Assembly: GCA_963665325.3 (NCBI GenBank)
Contig: CAXXWS020000003.1
Coordinates: 352,001-416,000 of the forward strand
Direction: 5' to 3'
Length of the DNA: 64,000 bases
Source of the DNA: Alphaproteobacteria bacterium
Lineage (GTDB): Bacteria > Pseudomonadota > Alphaproteobacteria > Bin95
The translations under genes were made by a program, and so were the position numbers. The notes beneath the pieces are model-generated. The model was not told where the DNA came from and did no database searches. It saw only the letters and a list, made by a program, of their open reading frames with translations. Positions 30,848-41,264 of the stretch are shown piece after piece; positions within the stretch are counted from its first letter, which is position 1, and each line of letters begins with the position of its first letter.

Positions 30848-32097
30848 GGGGCCTCCTCCCGTTCCAGAATGGCGGCGTAGAACCCGTCCGAGCCGTCGCG
30901 GGCGGGCGAGATGCGGAGGTCGTCTTCGGCGCGCGCGAAATCCGGCGCGGTTTCGAGAAAGCGCGCGACGCGCGCCTCGTTCTCGTCTGAGAGCAGCGAG
31001 CAGGTGGCATAGACCAGCCGGCCGCCGGGTTTCACCAGCCGCGCGGCGCTTTCCAGTATGCGGTCCTGCAGCGCCACCAGCTCGGCGAGGCCGGGGCCGT
31101 CGCGGGTCCAGCGCGCATCCGGGTTGCGCCGCCAGGACCCGGTGCCGGTACAGGGCGCATCGACCAGCACGCGGTCGAACTTGCCGCGCTGGCGGCGGAC
31201 CCAACGGTCGCGCTCGCTCTCCAGCAGGCGGCGCTCGATATTGTGCGCGCCGGCCCGGCGCATCCGCTCGCCGAGGCGCGCCAGGCGCTTGTCATGCACA
31301 TCGGTGGCGACGATGCGGCCCTTGCCCTGCATGTCGGCGGCGAGCGCGAGCGCCTTGCCGCCGGCACCGGCGCAGAAATCGACCACCTGCATCCCCGGTT
31401 CGGCGGCGACGGCGTGCGCAATGCGCTGCGAGCCCGCGTCCTGCACCTCCACCAGCCCTTCGCGGAAGGCGCGCGTGCGGCCGAGCGCGGGGCGGCCCTC
31501 GCAGCGCAGCGCCCAAGGGGCGTCCGCCACCGGCTCGGCGCGGATGCCGTCCTGGAACAGCAGCCGCCGGGCCTCGCGCCGTGTCGTCTTGAGCGCGTTG
31601 ACGCGCAAATCCACCGGTGCGGGCTCGGCAAGCGCCTTCATTTCCTCGGCGAAGGCCCCGCTCAGGCTCTCACGCAAGCCGTTTTCGGCCCAGGCCGGGC
31701 ATTCGGCCCGCACGGAAGCCGGCATTTCCGGCGGTTCCAGCGGCTCGCCTGCCAGCGCCATGAACAGGTCCAGTTCCTCCGGGTCGAGGGGCGCCGGCGC
31801 GTATTTCCCCCGCCCGAAGACGGCTCCCGGCTCCTGCAAGCGGTCCACCAGCAAGAGACGGGCCAGCATCCGCGTGCGCGCCGTCGGCTCCGCGCCGCGG
31901 CGGGCCAGGTGCCAGTCCAACCGGGCGCGGCGGCGCAGCACGCCGAACACCCGCTCCGCCACTGCCTTGCGGTCGCTCGCGCCGATATGGCGGCGGGCGC
32001 GGAAGAAGCCGCCCAGCACCGCATCGGCCGGGCGGCCGGTCTCTTCGATGAGCTCCAGAGCCTCGATGGCCGAGCCAACGCGCGCCGCCGGCGTCAC
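30823..32097 (-). CDS. RsmB/NOP family RNA m5C methyltransferase
   Basis: MTPAAR, EVQDAGSQ, DFCAGAGGK, VDAPCTGTG, YATCS. Confidence 0.93.
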   Translation of the reverse strand: MTPAARVGSAIEALELIEETGRPADAVLGGFFRARRHIGASDRKAVAERVFGVLRRRARLDWHLARRGAEPTARTRMLARLLLVDRLQEPGAVFGRGKYAPAPLDPEELDLFMALAGEPLEPPEMPASVRAECPAWAENGLRESLSGAFAEEMKALAEPAPVDLRVNALKTTRREARRLLFQDGIRAEPVADAPWALRCEGRPALGRTRAFREGLVEVQDAGSQRIAHAVAAEPGMQVVDFCAGAGGKALALAADMQGKGRIVATDVHDKRLARLGERMRRAGAHNIERRLLESERDRWVRRQRGKFDRVLVDAPCTGTGSWRRNPDARWTRDGPGLAELVALQDRILESAARLVKPGGRLVYATCSLLSDENEARVARFLETAPDFARAEDDLRISPARDGSDGFYAAILEREEAPCANDSAT

Positions 32098-32657
32098 AGC
32101 CTCTGCTTCCTGAGATAGACATAGAGCGCGCCGTCGCCGCCATGGCGGGGCTGCGCCGGGGCCGTGTCCAGCACGCGCGCTGCATTGGGCGCGCGCGCAA
32201 GCCAGAGCGGCGTTTCCCGCCTGATGACGCCGGCCGCCATGCCGTCTTCGGAACGCCTGCCCTTGCCGGTGACGACCAGCACCAGCCGCCGCCCGGCCGC
32301 CTGGCTCTCGGCGATGAACCGGGTCAGGCGGCGATAGGCCTCTTGGCGGGTCAGGCCGTGCAGGTCGATCTTGCCGTCTATCGGCAGGACGCCGCGCCGG
32401 ATCCGCCGGGCGGTGCGCTTGTCGATGCCGGGGCCGGGCACCGCCAGGGACCGCAGGGCCGGCGGATCCGAAGGGGCGGACGCGTCGGCCTCCGGCGGTT
32501 CCACCGTTTCCGCCCCGCCAACGGGTTCCCGTGTGCGCGGCGCGGGCGGCACTGGCCGGCCCGGCAGCGGACGGACGGACTGCGCCATCCGGCTCCAGAG
32601 CTCCATGTCGCCGGGGCCGGGCTTACGTTTCATCGGAGCCTTCCGGCGGTCCATCAT
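32094..32657 (-). CDS. Smr domain protein
   Basis: IDLHGLT..EA, LVVTGKG, HGGDGALYV. Confidence 0.92.
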   Translation of the reverse strand: MMDRRKAPMKRKPGPGDMELWSRMAQSVRPLPGRPVPPAPRTREPVGGAETVEPPEADASAPSDPPALRSLAVPGPGIDKRTARRIRRGVLPIDGKIDLHGLTRQEAYRRLTRFIAESQAAGRRLVLVVTGKGRRSEDGMAAGVIRRETPLWLARAPNAARVLDTAPAQPRHGGDGALYVYLRKQRL

Positions 32658-33288
32658 CCACCAGCACGATATGCAGGCGGCGCGGCCCGTGCGCGCCCAT
32701 GCGCAGCTCCTGGCCGATATCGGCGCTGCGCGACGGGCCGGTTATCAGGTTGACGGTCCGGGGCACCTCCCCCGCCTCGCGCACCCGCGCCCACAGGTCC
32801 TCATAAGCGCCCACAAGGTCGCGCGTGCCGACCAGCGCCACATGCGCCTCGGGCAGGAAGTTGAGTGTGACGGGGCGTTCCGAGCCGGAGAGCATGGCGA
32901 GCGTGCCGGTCTCGGCGACGCCCGCGAAGCACGGCGTCAGCGACACGCGGTCCCCGGGGTCCGCCCGGCGGCGCTCCAGGGTCAGCAGCGGGCGGCTGCT
33001 CCAGGGGTAGCGGTCGAGCGCCGGATCGGGCGACGCGGCGAGCCGCGCCGGCAGGTTCTCGGCGGCGAGCCACTCGGCAATGGCCGCCGGCACGTCCTCC
33101 GGCGGGACGGGTCCCGAAACCGTGCCGCCGGCCGCGCGCGCCTCGGCCATGAAACGCGCCACCGGATCGTCGTCGGCGCGGGCCGGGCGGGGGCCCCTCG
33201 GACGGGCGGCAAGCCGGTCCGGCGCGTCCCCCTCCGCGCCGCCGGTGGCCGCCCTGATCCGGGCCAGGATGGCGTCGCGCCCGCTCAT
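32623..33288 (-). CDS. lutC: lactate utilization protein C (LUD domain)
   Basis: RDAILARIR, GVAETGTL, ITGPSRSADI...GAHGP. Confidence 0.88.
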   Translation of the reverse strand: MSGRDAILARIRAATGGAEGDAPDRLAARPRGPRPARADDDPVARFMAEARAAGGTVSGPVPPEDVPAAIAEWLAAENLPARLAASPDPALDRYPWSSRPLLTLERRRADPGDRVSLTPCFAGVAETGTLAMLSGSERPVTLNFLPEAHVALVGTRDLVGAYEDLWARVREAGEVPRTVNLITGPSRSADIGQELRMGAHGPRRLHIVLVDDGPPEGSDET

Positions 33289-33719
33289 CGCTCCGGGCGC
33301 CCCAGATAGCGGGCGGCGAAGCGCGTCCAGTCTCCTTCGGGGGATTCGACAAGCGTCTCCTCCCGCTGCGGCAGGCGCAGCGTCAGCCCGCCCTTGTCCC
33401 AGAGCCGCTGCCAGCCCTCGGGACCGGAGAGCGCGTAGGCGAGCGACCGCCGGCGCAGCCTGATCATCAGCAGATATTGCAGCCCGGTCGCCATAAGGAT
33501 GAGCGCGCTCCCGCCGACCGCCAGCGCCCAGACCCAGCCGCCGAAATAGAGCGCGGCGAACACCGAACCCATGGCCACGAAAAAGGGGACCGAGTTCTCG
33601 GCCCGGTTGTAGACCGGAGAGTCCGGCTCGTTCAGCCGGCGGAGGTCGAGGCCGACCTCGACCGTTTGCGCGCCTTCGGCCGCAACGATGCGTTCATGCA
33701 GGACCACGCGCGACGCCAT
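33285..33719 (-). CDS. hypothetical 2-TM membrane protein within the lut operon
   Basis: Abuts the lutB stop and overlaps the lutC start; two hydrophobic segments. Confidence 0.7.
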   Translation of the reverse strand: MASRVVLHERIVAAEGAQTVEVGLDLRRLNEPDSPVYNRAENSVPFFVAMGSVFAALYFGGWVWALAVGGSALILMATGLQYLLMIRLRRRSLAYALSGPEGWQRLWDKGGLTLRLPQREETLVESPEGDWTRFAARYLGRPER

Positions 33720-33722
33720 GGC

Positions 33723-35132
33723 TCAGCGCCTCCGCCCCGCCCGCCAGAGGCTCATGAAGCTGCGGCCCTCGGACGCCGGGAAGTCGCGCGTGCCGGTCCA
33801 GCCGCCGGCGAAAGGCAGGCGCCGCCAGCGCTTCCGGCCGCCGAGCACCCTTGCGGCCATGCCCGCGAACGGCCTGTAAAGCGCCGGGCGGGCGGCGAAG
33901 AAGGCCCACATGCCCAGCCCGTAGCGGAATTTGGCCGGGCTGAGGCGGCGGGAGAACTCGCGCTCGCGCCAGTGGCGCATCATGCGGGGCAGAGGGATGC
34001 GAACGGGGCACACCTCTTCGCACTTGCCGCAGAAGGTGGAGGCGTTGGGCAGGTGCCCCGCTTCCTCGACGCCGCGCAGGCCCGGCGTCAGCACCGCGCC
34101 CATCGGCCCCGGATAGACCCAGCCGTATGCATGGCCGCCGATCTGCTTGTAAACCGGACAGGCGTTCATGCAGGCCGCGCAGCGTATGCAGCGCAGCATG
34201 TCCTGGAACTCACCGCCCAGCATGTCCGCGCGCCCGTTGTCGAGCAGCACGACATGGTATTCCTCCGGCCCGTCGAGATCGCCCGGCCGGCGTGGCCCGG
34301 TCGAGAGCGTCGTATAGACGGTGAGTTCCTGGCCGGTCGCCGAGCGCGGCAGCACGCGCATGAACACCGAGAGGTCCTCAAGCGTCGGGATCACCTTCTC
34401 GATGCCGGCGATGACGATATGGGCGCGCGGCAGGGTCTGCGAGAGGTCTCCGTTGCCTTCATTGGTGAAGATCACCGAGGAGCCGGTCTCCGCGACCAGG
34501 AAATTGGCCCCGGTGAGGCCGACATCGGCGCCCAGGAACTCGTCGCGGAGCACGGCGCGGGCCTCCGCCATGATCTCGCTGCCGTCGGAGAGCGAGCGGT
34601 CTGCCGGCCTGTCCGTGTGGGCGGCGCGGAAGGCTTCGGTCCATTGCTCGGTCGCAACATGGATCGCCGGCGCCACGATATGGCTCGGCGACTCGCCGCG
34701 AAGCTGCAGGATGTATTCGCCGAGGTCCGTCTCGACGGCGCGCACGCCCTCTTCGGCGAGGAACTCATTGAGGCCGATCTCCTCCGAGACCATCGACTTG
34801 CCCTTGGCCATGGTCTTCGCGCCGAGGCGGCGGCAGATGGCGAGGATCGCCTCCCGGGCATCCCCGGCGGTGGCGCACCAGTGCACCTCGCCGCCGGCGG
34901 CGCGGCAGTTCTCCTCGAAGCGCTCCAGGTAGAAGTCGAGATGGGCAAGACAGTGGTTCTTGATGTCGCGCGCCCGGTCCCTGAGCGCCTCGAATTCGGG
35001 CAGTCGGGACGCCGCCTCGACCCGCTTCACCTGGAAGCCGCGGCTGAACTTGGCGAGTTCCTGCTGCAAGGGCTCGTCGGCGAGCGCCCGGGCGGCGCTC
35101 GTGCGGAAATTGGCCGGGCCGGAGAAGCTCAT
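33723..35132 (-). CDS. lutB: lactate utilization Fe-S protein B
   Basis: KGKSMVSEE, ETDLGE, PSHIVAPA, CIRCAACMNACP, CGKCEEVCP. Confidence 0.93.
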   Translation of the reverse strand: MSFSGPANFRTSAARALADEPLQQELAKFSRGFQVKRVEAASRLPEFEALRDRARDIKNHCLAHLDFYLERFEENCRAAGGEVHWCATAGDAREAILAICRRLGAKTMAKGKSMVSEEIGLNEFLAEEGVRAVETDLGEYILQLRGESPSHIVAPAIHVATEQWTEAFRAAHTDRPADRSLSDGSEIMAEARAVLRDEFLGADVGLTGANFLVAETGSSVIFTNEGNGDLSQTLPRAHIVIAGIEKVIPTLEDLSVFMRVLPRSATGQELTVYTTLSTGPRRPGDLDGPEEYHVVLLDNGRADMLGGEFQDMLRCIRCAACMNACPVYKQIGGHAYGWVYPGPMGAVLTPGLRGVEEAGHLPNASTFCGKCEEVCPVRIPLPRMMRHWREREFSRRLSPAKFRYGLGMWAFFAARPALYRPFAGMAARVLGGRKRWRRLPFAGGWTGTRDFPASEGRSFMSLWRAGRRR

Positions 35133-35875
35133 AGCGGCGGCGTCTCGTCCGCCATGCCGGCCAGCACCTCCGCGACATGGCGCACCTCTACGGTGCTGCC
35201 CTCGCGAGAGAGCCGCCCGGCAATGTTCATCAGGCAGCCGAGATCGCCTGCCAGCAGGGCCCCGACGCCGGCACTCTTCACGGCGGCGGTCTTGTCCCGG
35301 ACCATAGCGGTCGAGATGTCGGGATATTTGACGCAGAAGGTGCCACCGAAGCCGCAACACACCTCCGCATCCGGCAATTCCGTCAGTTCGAGCCCCTCGA
35401 CCTTCGCCAGCAGGGCGCGCGGCTGGTCCTTCACGCCGAATTCCCGCAGCCCGGCGCAGCTGTCGTGATAGGCCGCCGTCATCGGCCAGCGCGCGCTCAC
35501 ATCCTCGAACCCGCAGACATCGACCAGGAAGGAGGTCAGCTCCCAGACACGCTCGCCGAAGCCCTCGTCGTCCCCCAGCAGGTCGCGGTAGTGGCATCGC
35601 AGCATCCCGGCGCAGGAACCCGATGGGACGACGATCCACTCATAGCCGCGAAACGCGCGCACCGTCTGCCGCGCTATGCGGGCCGCGTGCTTGCGGTCGC
35701 CGCTGTTGTAAGCCGGTTGTCCGCAACAGGTCTGCGCGGCCGGCACCTCGACTTTGCAGCCCGCCGCCTCCAGCAGACGCACGGAAGCGAACGCGACCGA
35801 GGGCCGGACGAGATCGGCCAGGCAGGTCGCGAACAGGGCAACGGTCCGGGGCGTCGTGCCGGTCTCGGGACGCAT
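35129..35875 (-). CDS. lutA: lactate utilization protein A (CCG domains)
   Basis: FATCLAD, QTCCGQP, PSGSC, YHDSC, CCGFGG. Confidence 0.92.
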   Translation of the reverse strand: MRPETGTTPRTVALFATCLADLVRPSVAFASVRLLEAAGCKVEVPAAQTCCGQPAYNSGDRKHAARIARQTVRAFRGYEWIVVPSGSCAGMLRCHYRDLLGDDEGFGERVWELTSFLVDVCGFEDVSARWPMTAAYHDSCAGLREFGVKDQPRALLAKVEGLELTELPDAEVCCGFGGTFCVKYPDISTAMVRDKTAAVKSAGVGALLAGDLGCLMNIAGRLSREGSTVEVRHVAEVLAGMADETPPL

Positions 35876-36022
35876 GCGGCCAATTCTCCGAGCGGGCGGA
35901 TAGCGGTGTTTTAGAACGGTTCCCCGGGAGGGGGAAGACGCCGGGCCCGCGCGCGGCCATTGAAACCGGACGCGGGGACTGGCAATACTCCGCGCTGAAT
36001 TGAAGTTCAGGGAGAACACCGC

Positions 36023-37204
36023 ATGCGCGAAGCCGTCGTCGTCTCGACCGCCAGGACCGGGCTCACCAAGTCTTTCCGGGGCGAATTCAACAACACTCAC
36101 GGCGCGGCGATGGCCGGCCACGCGATCAGGCATGCCATCGAGCGCGCCGGCGTCGAGCCGGGCGAGGTCGAGGACGTGTTCGTCGGCTGCGCCAATCCGG
36201 AAGGAGCGACCGGCACCAATGTCGGCCGTAATGCCGCGCTCTGGGCCGGCTGCCCGGTGACGACCGCGGGCGCGACAGTCAACCGTTTTTGTTCCTCCGG
36301 GCTCCAGACGGTCGCCATGGCCGCGCAGGCCTGCATGGTCAACGGCGTGCCGGTCGCGGTCGGCGGCGGCGTCGAGCAGATTTCGCTTGTGCAGCCCAAC
36401 ATGAACCGCACCCACATTACCGAGGAAAGCCTGCTGGAGCGCCATCCCGACCTCTGGATGGCGATGATCGACACAGCCGACACCGTGGCCGGGCGCTATG
36501 GCGTCACCCGCGAGAGCCAGGACGAATATTCCCTGCAGAGCCAGCTTCGCTGCGCCGCCGGCCAGCAGTCGGGCGCCTTCGACGACGAGATCGTGCCCTT
36601 CGAGACCACCATGCTGGTCACCGACCGCGAGACCGGCGAAGTGTCCGAGAAACAGGTCGTCATCGACCGCGACACCTGCAACCGGCCGACCACTACCCTG
36701 GAAGGGCTGGCCGGGCTCGAGCCGGTGCGCGGCGACGGCAAGTGGATCACCGCGGGCAATGCCAGCCAGCTTTCCGACGGCGCCTCGGCCTGCCTGGTGA
36801 TGGACTCCGCAGAGGCGGAGCGGCGCAATGTCGAGCCGCTCGGCATCTTCAAGGGCTTCGCCACCGCCGGTTGCGAGCCGGACGAGATGGGCATCGGCCC
36901 CGTCTATGCGATCCCGCGCCTGCTGGAGCGCAAGGGCCTGGAGATCGACGATATCGACCTCTGGGAGCTGAACGAGGCCTTTGCCTCGCAGGTCATCTAC
37001 TGCCGCGACCGGCTCGGCATCCCGCAGGACAAGCTGAATGTGAACGGCGGCTCGATCGCCATCGGCCATCCGTTCGGCATGACCGGCTCGCGCCTGGTCG
37101 GCCACGCGCTGATCGAGGGCAAGCGCCGGGGCGCGAAGAATGTCGTCGTGACGATGTGCATCGGCGGCGGCCAGGGTGCAGCTGGCCTCTTCGAGGTCTG
37201 TTGA
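36023..37204 (+). CDS. acetyl-CoA C-acyltransferase (thiolase)
   Basis: [25 protein letters not shown]. Confidence 0.95.
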   Translation: MREAVVVSTARTGLTKSFRGEFNNTHGAAMAGHAIRHAIERAGVEPGEVEDVFVGCANPEGATGTNVGRNAALWAGCPVTTAGATVNRFCSSGLQTVAMAAQACMVNGVPVAVGGGVEQISLVQPNMNRTHITEESLLERHPDLWMAMIDTADTVAGRYGVTRESQDEYSLQSQLRCAAGQQSGAFDDEIVPFETTMLVTDRETGEVSEKQVVIDRDTCNRPTTTLEGLAGLEPVRGDGKWITAGNASQLSDGASACLVMDSAEAERRNVEPLGIFKGFATAGCEPDEMGIGPVYAIPRLLERKGLEIDDIDLWELNEAFASQVIYCRDRLGIPQDKLNVNGGSIAIGHPFGMTGSRLVGHALIEGKRRGAKNVVVTMCIGGGQGAAGLFEVC

Positions 37205-37235
37205 CCGGGTAGCGCGCCGGAGACGCCGGCGGGAC

Positions 37236-38597
37236 ATGGACGCAAGCCGCAAATTCGCCCGCCATGTCGCGGGCACGGCTTTCGACGACCTGCCGCCGGC
37301 GGCCGTCGAGGCCGTCAAGACCTTCGCGCTCGATTCCTTCGGCGTGGCGGCGGCGGGCACTCGCGGGCCGTATGCGGCCGAGTGGCGCCGCCTGCTGGCC
37401 GGGCCGCCGGCCGAGGCGCGGGTCTGGGCCACGCGCGATGCGCTGCCGGCCCCGGCTGCAGCCGCGATCAACGCCTACCAGCTTCACAACTCGGAAAACG
37501 ATTGCGTCCATGAGGGCGCGGTGGTGCACACCATGGCGGTGTTGTTCCCGGCCGCCATGGCGTTCGCCGAGCGCGAGGGCGGGGTTTCCGGCCGCCGGCT
37601 GATCGAGGCGGTCGCCGTCGGCTCGGACGTCGCCGCCGGGCTCGGCCTTGCTTCCAGGGCCGGGCTGCGCTTCTTCCGCCCGGCGACGGCGGGCACCTTC
37701 GGCGGAACGGCCGCCTGCGCAAAGCTCGCCGGGTTCGGCGAAGAAGAAACCGCGCGGGCCTTCGGCATCGCGCTCGGGCAGGTGTCCGGCACGATGCAGG
37801 CCCATAGCGAGGGCTCGCCGCTGCTCGGCATGCAGGTGGGATTCGGCGCTCGCAACGCCATCGCGGCAGTGGACATGGCGCGAGCCGGCCTGCCGGGGCC
37901 GGAAGGCTCTCTGGAGGGCGAGCACGGCTATCTCGAGCTCTTCGAACGCGACTACGACATAGAGCCGGTGCTGGCCGCCCTCGGCAAGGTCTGGCGCATT
38001 GCGGAGACGGCGCACAAGCCCTGGCCCAGCGGGCGCGCGACCCACGGCGTGGTCGAGGCGCTGCTGGCGCTCCGGGACGAGCACGGCTTCGGCGCGCCGG
38101 AGGTGGCGGAAGTCACGCTCATCGTGACGCCGCTGGTGAACCATCTTGTCGGCCGTGAGGCCCATGCGAACATGGTCGTCAACGAGGCGCGGCTCTCGGC
38201 GCGCTGGGCGGCGGCGCGGATCCTCCTCGGCGGCAGCCTCGGCCATGAGGACTTCACGCCCGAAGCGCTGGCGGACGCCGAAAGCATCGAATTCGCCCGG
38301 CGCGTGCGAGTCGAGGTGGACAACAATCCCGACCCCAATGCGCTTGCGCCGGTCTCAGTCGAGGTCGCGCTCAGGGATGGGCAGCGCCTGTCCAGGCGGG
38401 TCGAGGACGTGCCCGGCGGCCCGGCCCGGCCGCTCACCCGCGAGCAGCATCTCGCCAAGTTCCAGGGCAACTGGGCCTGGGCGGGACTGGAGGCGGAGAC
38501 CGGGGAAGCGCTGACAGAACGGATCGACCGGCTTGAGTCGGTCACGGAAGTGGGCCAGCTTTCGGCCCTTACGCAGCCCGGAGGCAATGGGCAATGA
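37236..38597 (+). CDS. MmgE/PrpD family protein
   Basis: LDSFGV, END.VH...VH, KPWPSGRATH, C-terminal PGGP..PL....AKF. Confidence 0.85.
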   Translation: MDASRKFARHVAGTAFDDLPPAAVEAVKTFALDSFGVAAAGTRGPYAAEWRRLLAGPPAEARVWATRDALPAPAAAAINAYQLHNSENDCVHEGAVVHTMAVLFPAAMAFAEREGGVSGRRLIEAVAVGSDVAAGLGLASRAGLRFFRPATAGTFGGTAACAKLAGFGEEETARAFGIALGQVSGTMQAHSEGSPLLGMQVGFGARNAIAAVDMARAGLPGPEGSLEGEHGYLELFERDYDIEPVLAALGKVWRIAETAHKPWPSGRATHGVVEALLALRDEHGFGAPEVAEVTLIVTPLVNHLVGREAHANMVVNEARLSARWAAARILLGGSLGHEDFTPEALADAESIEFARRVRVEVDNNPDPNALAPVSVEVALRDGQRLSRRVEDVPGGPARPLTREQHLAKFQGNWAWAGLEAETGEALTERIDRLESVTEVGQLSALTQPGGNGQ

Positions 38598-39679
38598 AAT
38601 GGGCCGTCTTCAGCCTGAGCCAGATGCCGGACCAGTCCCGGCGGGTGGAGGCATTCGACGAGGACCTCGACTATTTCGTGAAGGCGGAGGAGCTCGGCTA
38701 CGACACGGTCTGGCTGGCCGAGCACCTGTTCTCGACCTACGGCGTCGTCACCTCGACCCAGGTCTATGCCGCCGCGGTCGCCCAGCGCACCAAACGGATC
38801 AAGATCGGGACGGCCGTGGTCGCGATTCCCTTCAACCATCCGCTCCGGACGGCCTCGGACTTCGCGCTGATCGACATATTGAGCCACGGGCGCCTCCTGT
38901 TCGGCGTCGGGCGGGCCTACCAGCCGCATGAGTTCACCGGCCTCGGCGTGCCGATGGCGGAAGCCCGCGAGATGATGAACGAGGGCGTCGATATCGTGCT
39001 CGACGCCTGGACGAAGGAGACGGTCAGCCGGCCGGACGGCAGCCACTGGCCGATCCCCGACCCGGTGGAATGCCTGCCGAAGCCGCTCCAGCAGCCGCAC
39101 CCGCCGGTCTATCAGGCGTCGATCTCGCCTGAGAGCTTCACCCAGGCGGCGGAGAAGGGCTTCCACCTGCAGCTTGCCTCGCCCTTCACCTACCGGACCT
39201 ACCGCGAAATATGGGTCGAGAAGCTGGAGGAGAACCTGGCGACCTACGAGGCCGCCTGCAAGGCCAACGGACGCGACCCGAAAGCCGCCGAGCGCATGAT
39301 GCTCATGCCCTATTTCTGTCACGAGGACGGGGCGGCGGCGCGCGAGATCTTCGGCGAGCGCGTGCAGTGGTTCTACAACAAGGTGGCCAGCAACCAGCTC
39401 TCGCAGACGGGCACGTTCGAGCCGGTCAAGGGCTATGAGCTGACCATGACCGAGGGGCTGAAAACCCGTGAGCTCGGCTACCTCAATTTCGAGAAGCTGC
39501 ACGAGTTCGGCGCCTGCATCGCCGGCGACCCGGAGGAGTGCATCACGCGCCTCCGCGAGCTGCGTGACCGGCTCGGAGTCACCGAATTCGCGCTCTGGAG
39601 CACGCTCGGCGGCCTGCCGATCGAGCATGTCGAGTCCTCCATGCGGATCACGATGGAGAAGGTGATTCCTTACGTGTGA
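38594..39679 (+). CDS. luciferase-like (LLM) flavin-dependent monooxygenase
   Basis: AEELGYDTVWLAEH, TKRIKIGTAV, SHGRLLFGVGR, PKPLQQPHPP. Confidence 0.9.
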   Translation: MKWAVFSLSQMPDQSRRVEAFDEDLDYFVKAEELGYDTVWLAEHLFSTYGVVTSTQVYAAAVAQRTKRIKIGTAVVAIPFNHPLRTASDFALIDILSHGRLLFGVGRAYQPHEFTGLGVPMAEAREMMNEGVDIVLDAWTKETVSRPDGSHWPIPDPVECLPKPLQQPHPPVYQASISPESFTQAAEKGFHLQLASPFTYRTYREIWVEKLEENLATYEAACKANGRDPKAAERMMLMPYFCHEDGAAAREIFGERVQWFYNKVASNQLSQTGTFEPVKGYELTMTEGLKTRELGYLNFEKLHEFGACIAGDPEECITRLRELRDRLGVTEFALWSTLGGLPIEHVESSMRITMEKVIPYV

Positions 39680-40221
39680 TCCTGTCTGCCGGCGCGCATG
39701 TCGCCGGTCTCGCCAGGCGGGTTGCCGAGCGGCGCGAAATCCACGTTGCCGCGCGTCTGCCGCCAGGCGTCGAGCGACCAGCGCACGGACGGGAAGGCGA
39801 TCTCGTCCCAGGGAATCTCCTCCCAGCGCATAAGGCGGACATCGGTGCTTTCCGGGCCCGGCGCGATCTCCGGCGAGGCGAGGCGCGCACGGAAGATGAG
39901 CTGCACCTGCGAGAGCCGCGGGATGGAGAAGACCGCCAGCAGCCGGTCGATCTCAATGGCGGCGCAGGCTTCCTCGACCGCCTCGCGGACGGCGCCGTCC
40001 TCCGGCGTCTCGTGGAGTTCCAGATAGCCCGCCGGCAGGGTCCAGAAGCCCTTGCGCGGCTCGATGGCGCGCCGGCAGATCAGCAGCCGGTCGCCAAGCG
40101 TCGCGACCGAGCCCACGACGACCTTGGGGTTCTCATAGGCGATATGCCCGCAATCGGCGCAGACCAGCCGTTCCCGGTCGTCGCCCTCGGGCACGGTGCG
40201 GATGAAGGGCGCGCCGGTCAT
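39670..40221 (-). CDS. NUDIX hydrolase with N-terminal Zn ribbon
   Basis: CADCG..YENPK, PAGYLELHETPEDGAVREAVEE Nudix box. Confidence 0.92.
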   Translation of the reverse strand: MTGAPFIRTVPEGDDRERLVCADCGHIAYENPKVVVGSVATLGDRLLICRRAIEPRKGFWTLPAGYLELHETPEDGAVREAVEEACAAIEIDRLLAVFSIPRLSQVQLIFRARLASPEIAPGPESTDVRLMRWEEIPWDEIAFPSVRWSLDAWRQTRGNVDFAPLGNPPGETGDMRAGRQDHT

Positions 40222-40231
40222 GGGGCGCCCG

Positions 40232-40870
40232 CTACGCTGTCCCGCGGATGCTGGGCCGCGCCGCCACCTCCGCCCGCCAGCGCGCGAGGTGGGGGCGGCC
40301 GTCGGGTGCATCGATATCGATAAATTTGGCGAAATCGACGGTGCAGTAAGCCGTGATGTCGGCGGTGGTGAAGCGTTCGCCGGCGAGGAACCGCGCCTCG
40401 CCGAGGCGGGCGTCGAGCCGGTCGAAATAGAGCACCGTCCGCTGGCGGCCGCGCTCGATCAGCCCGGGGATCTGCGCGGACTCGCCGGGAATTCCGGGGA
40501 GCGCGCGGCCGGCGAAGCGGCGCTTGGCGTTGCGGAAGGATTCGGCGACTGCAAACAGCCCATCGAACTCGGACATCCGCTCCCACATCTCGACGCGCGC
40601 CATCTCCAGCGCATCGGCGCCCATCAGCGGCGGGTCGGGATGCAGCACCTCGAAATAGCGGCAGATCGCCATGGCTTCGGAGATCAGCGTGCCGTCGTCG
40701 AGCTCCAGCAGCGGGACCCGGCGATAGGGCGCCTTTTCGAGGAAGGCGGGATCGAGGGCCGGCTTGCCGGGGATGCTCGCCTCCTCCATCGGCACATCGA
40801 TCCCCTTCTCGGCCAGGTAGATGCACACCCGGCGCGGGTTCGGCGCGATATTCCAGACATAAAGCTTCAT
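40232..40870 (-). CDS. glutathione S-transferase
   Basis: APNPRRV.IYLAEKG, VPLLELDDGT.ISE..AICRY, FTTADI. Confidence 0.92.
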   Translation of the reverse strand: MKLYVWNIAPNPRRVCIYLAEKGIDVPMEEASIPGKPALDPAFLEKAPYRRVPLLELDDGTLISEAMAICRYFEVLHPDPPLMGADALEMARVEMWERMSEFDGLFAVAESFRNAKRRFAGRALPGIPGESAQIPGLIERGRQRTVLYFDRLDARLGEARFLAGERFTTADITAYCTVDFAKFIDIDAPDGRPHLARWRAEVAARPSIRGTA

Positions 40871-40937
40871 CGCCGCTCGGCTTTCCCCTTGCGGGTTACC
40901 CGGGTCCGGGAGCGGACGGATGAGGCGCCGCTCGCGA

Positions 40938-41038
40938 GGTGCGAGCATGGCGCGGCCTGCCATTCCTGTCGAGGCCGGGGGAGGCAGCGGAGACCGGCCG
41001 TGCTTGCGGCCTCACCACACGGCATGGCAGTTCGCACC
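40938..41038. other. nested inverted repeats; candidate structured RNA or leader
   Basis: GGTGCGA/TCGCACC, CTGCCAT/ATGGCAG and GAGGCCG/CGGCCTC nested helices. Confidence 0.4.
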
Positions 41039-41264
41039 CCCTCCAAAGGCAGGGCGCGCCTTCCGGCGGGATGCACCCCGCTATTGCGCCGGGCATCGGT
41101 GCACGTCCGGGTCGCGCGCAACCCCCGACATTTGATTCGGCCGAAACGCTGCTCTACGCTCTTTGGACCATACGCCGCGAGTCATGCAGGTCTGCGAACG
41201 CTCCGGTAGCGGAGGGAGGCGGATCGTTCGGGCGACGCTTGCGGCGCAACAGGGAGGACACTCC

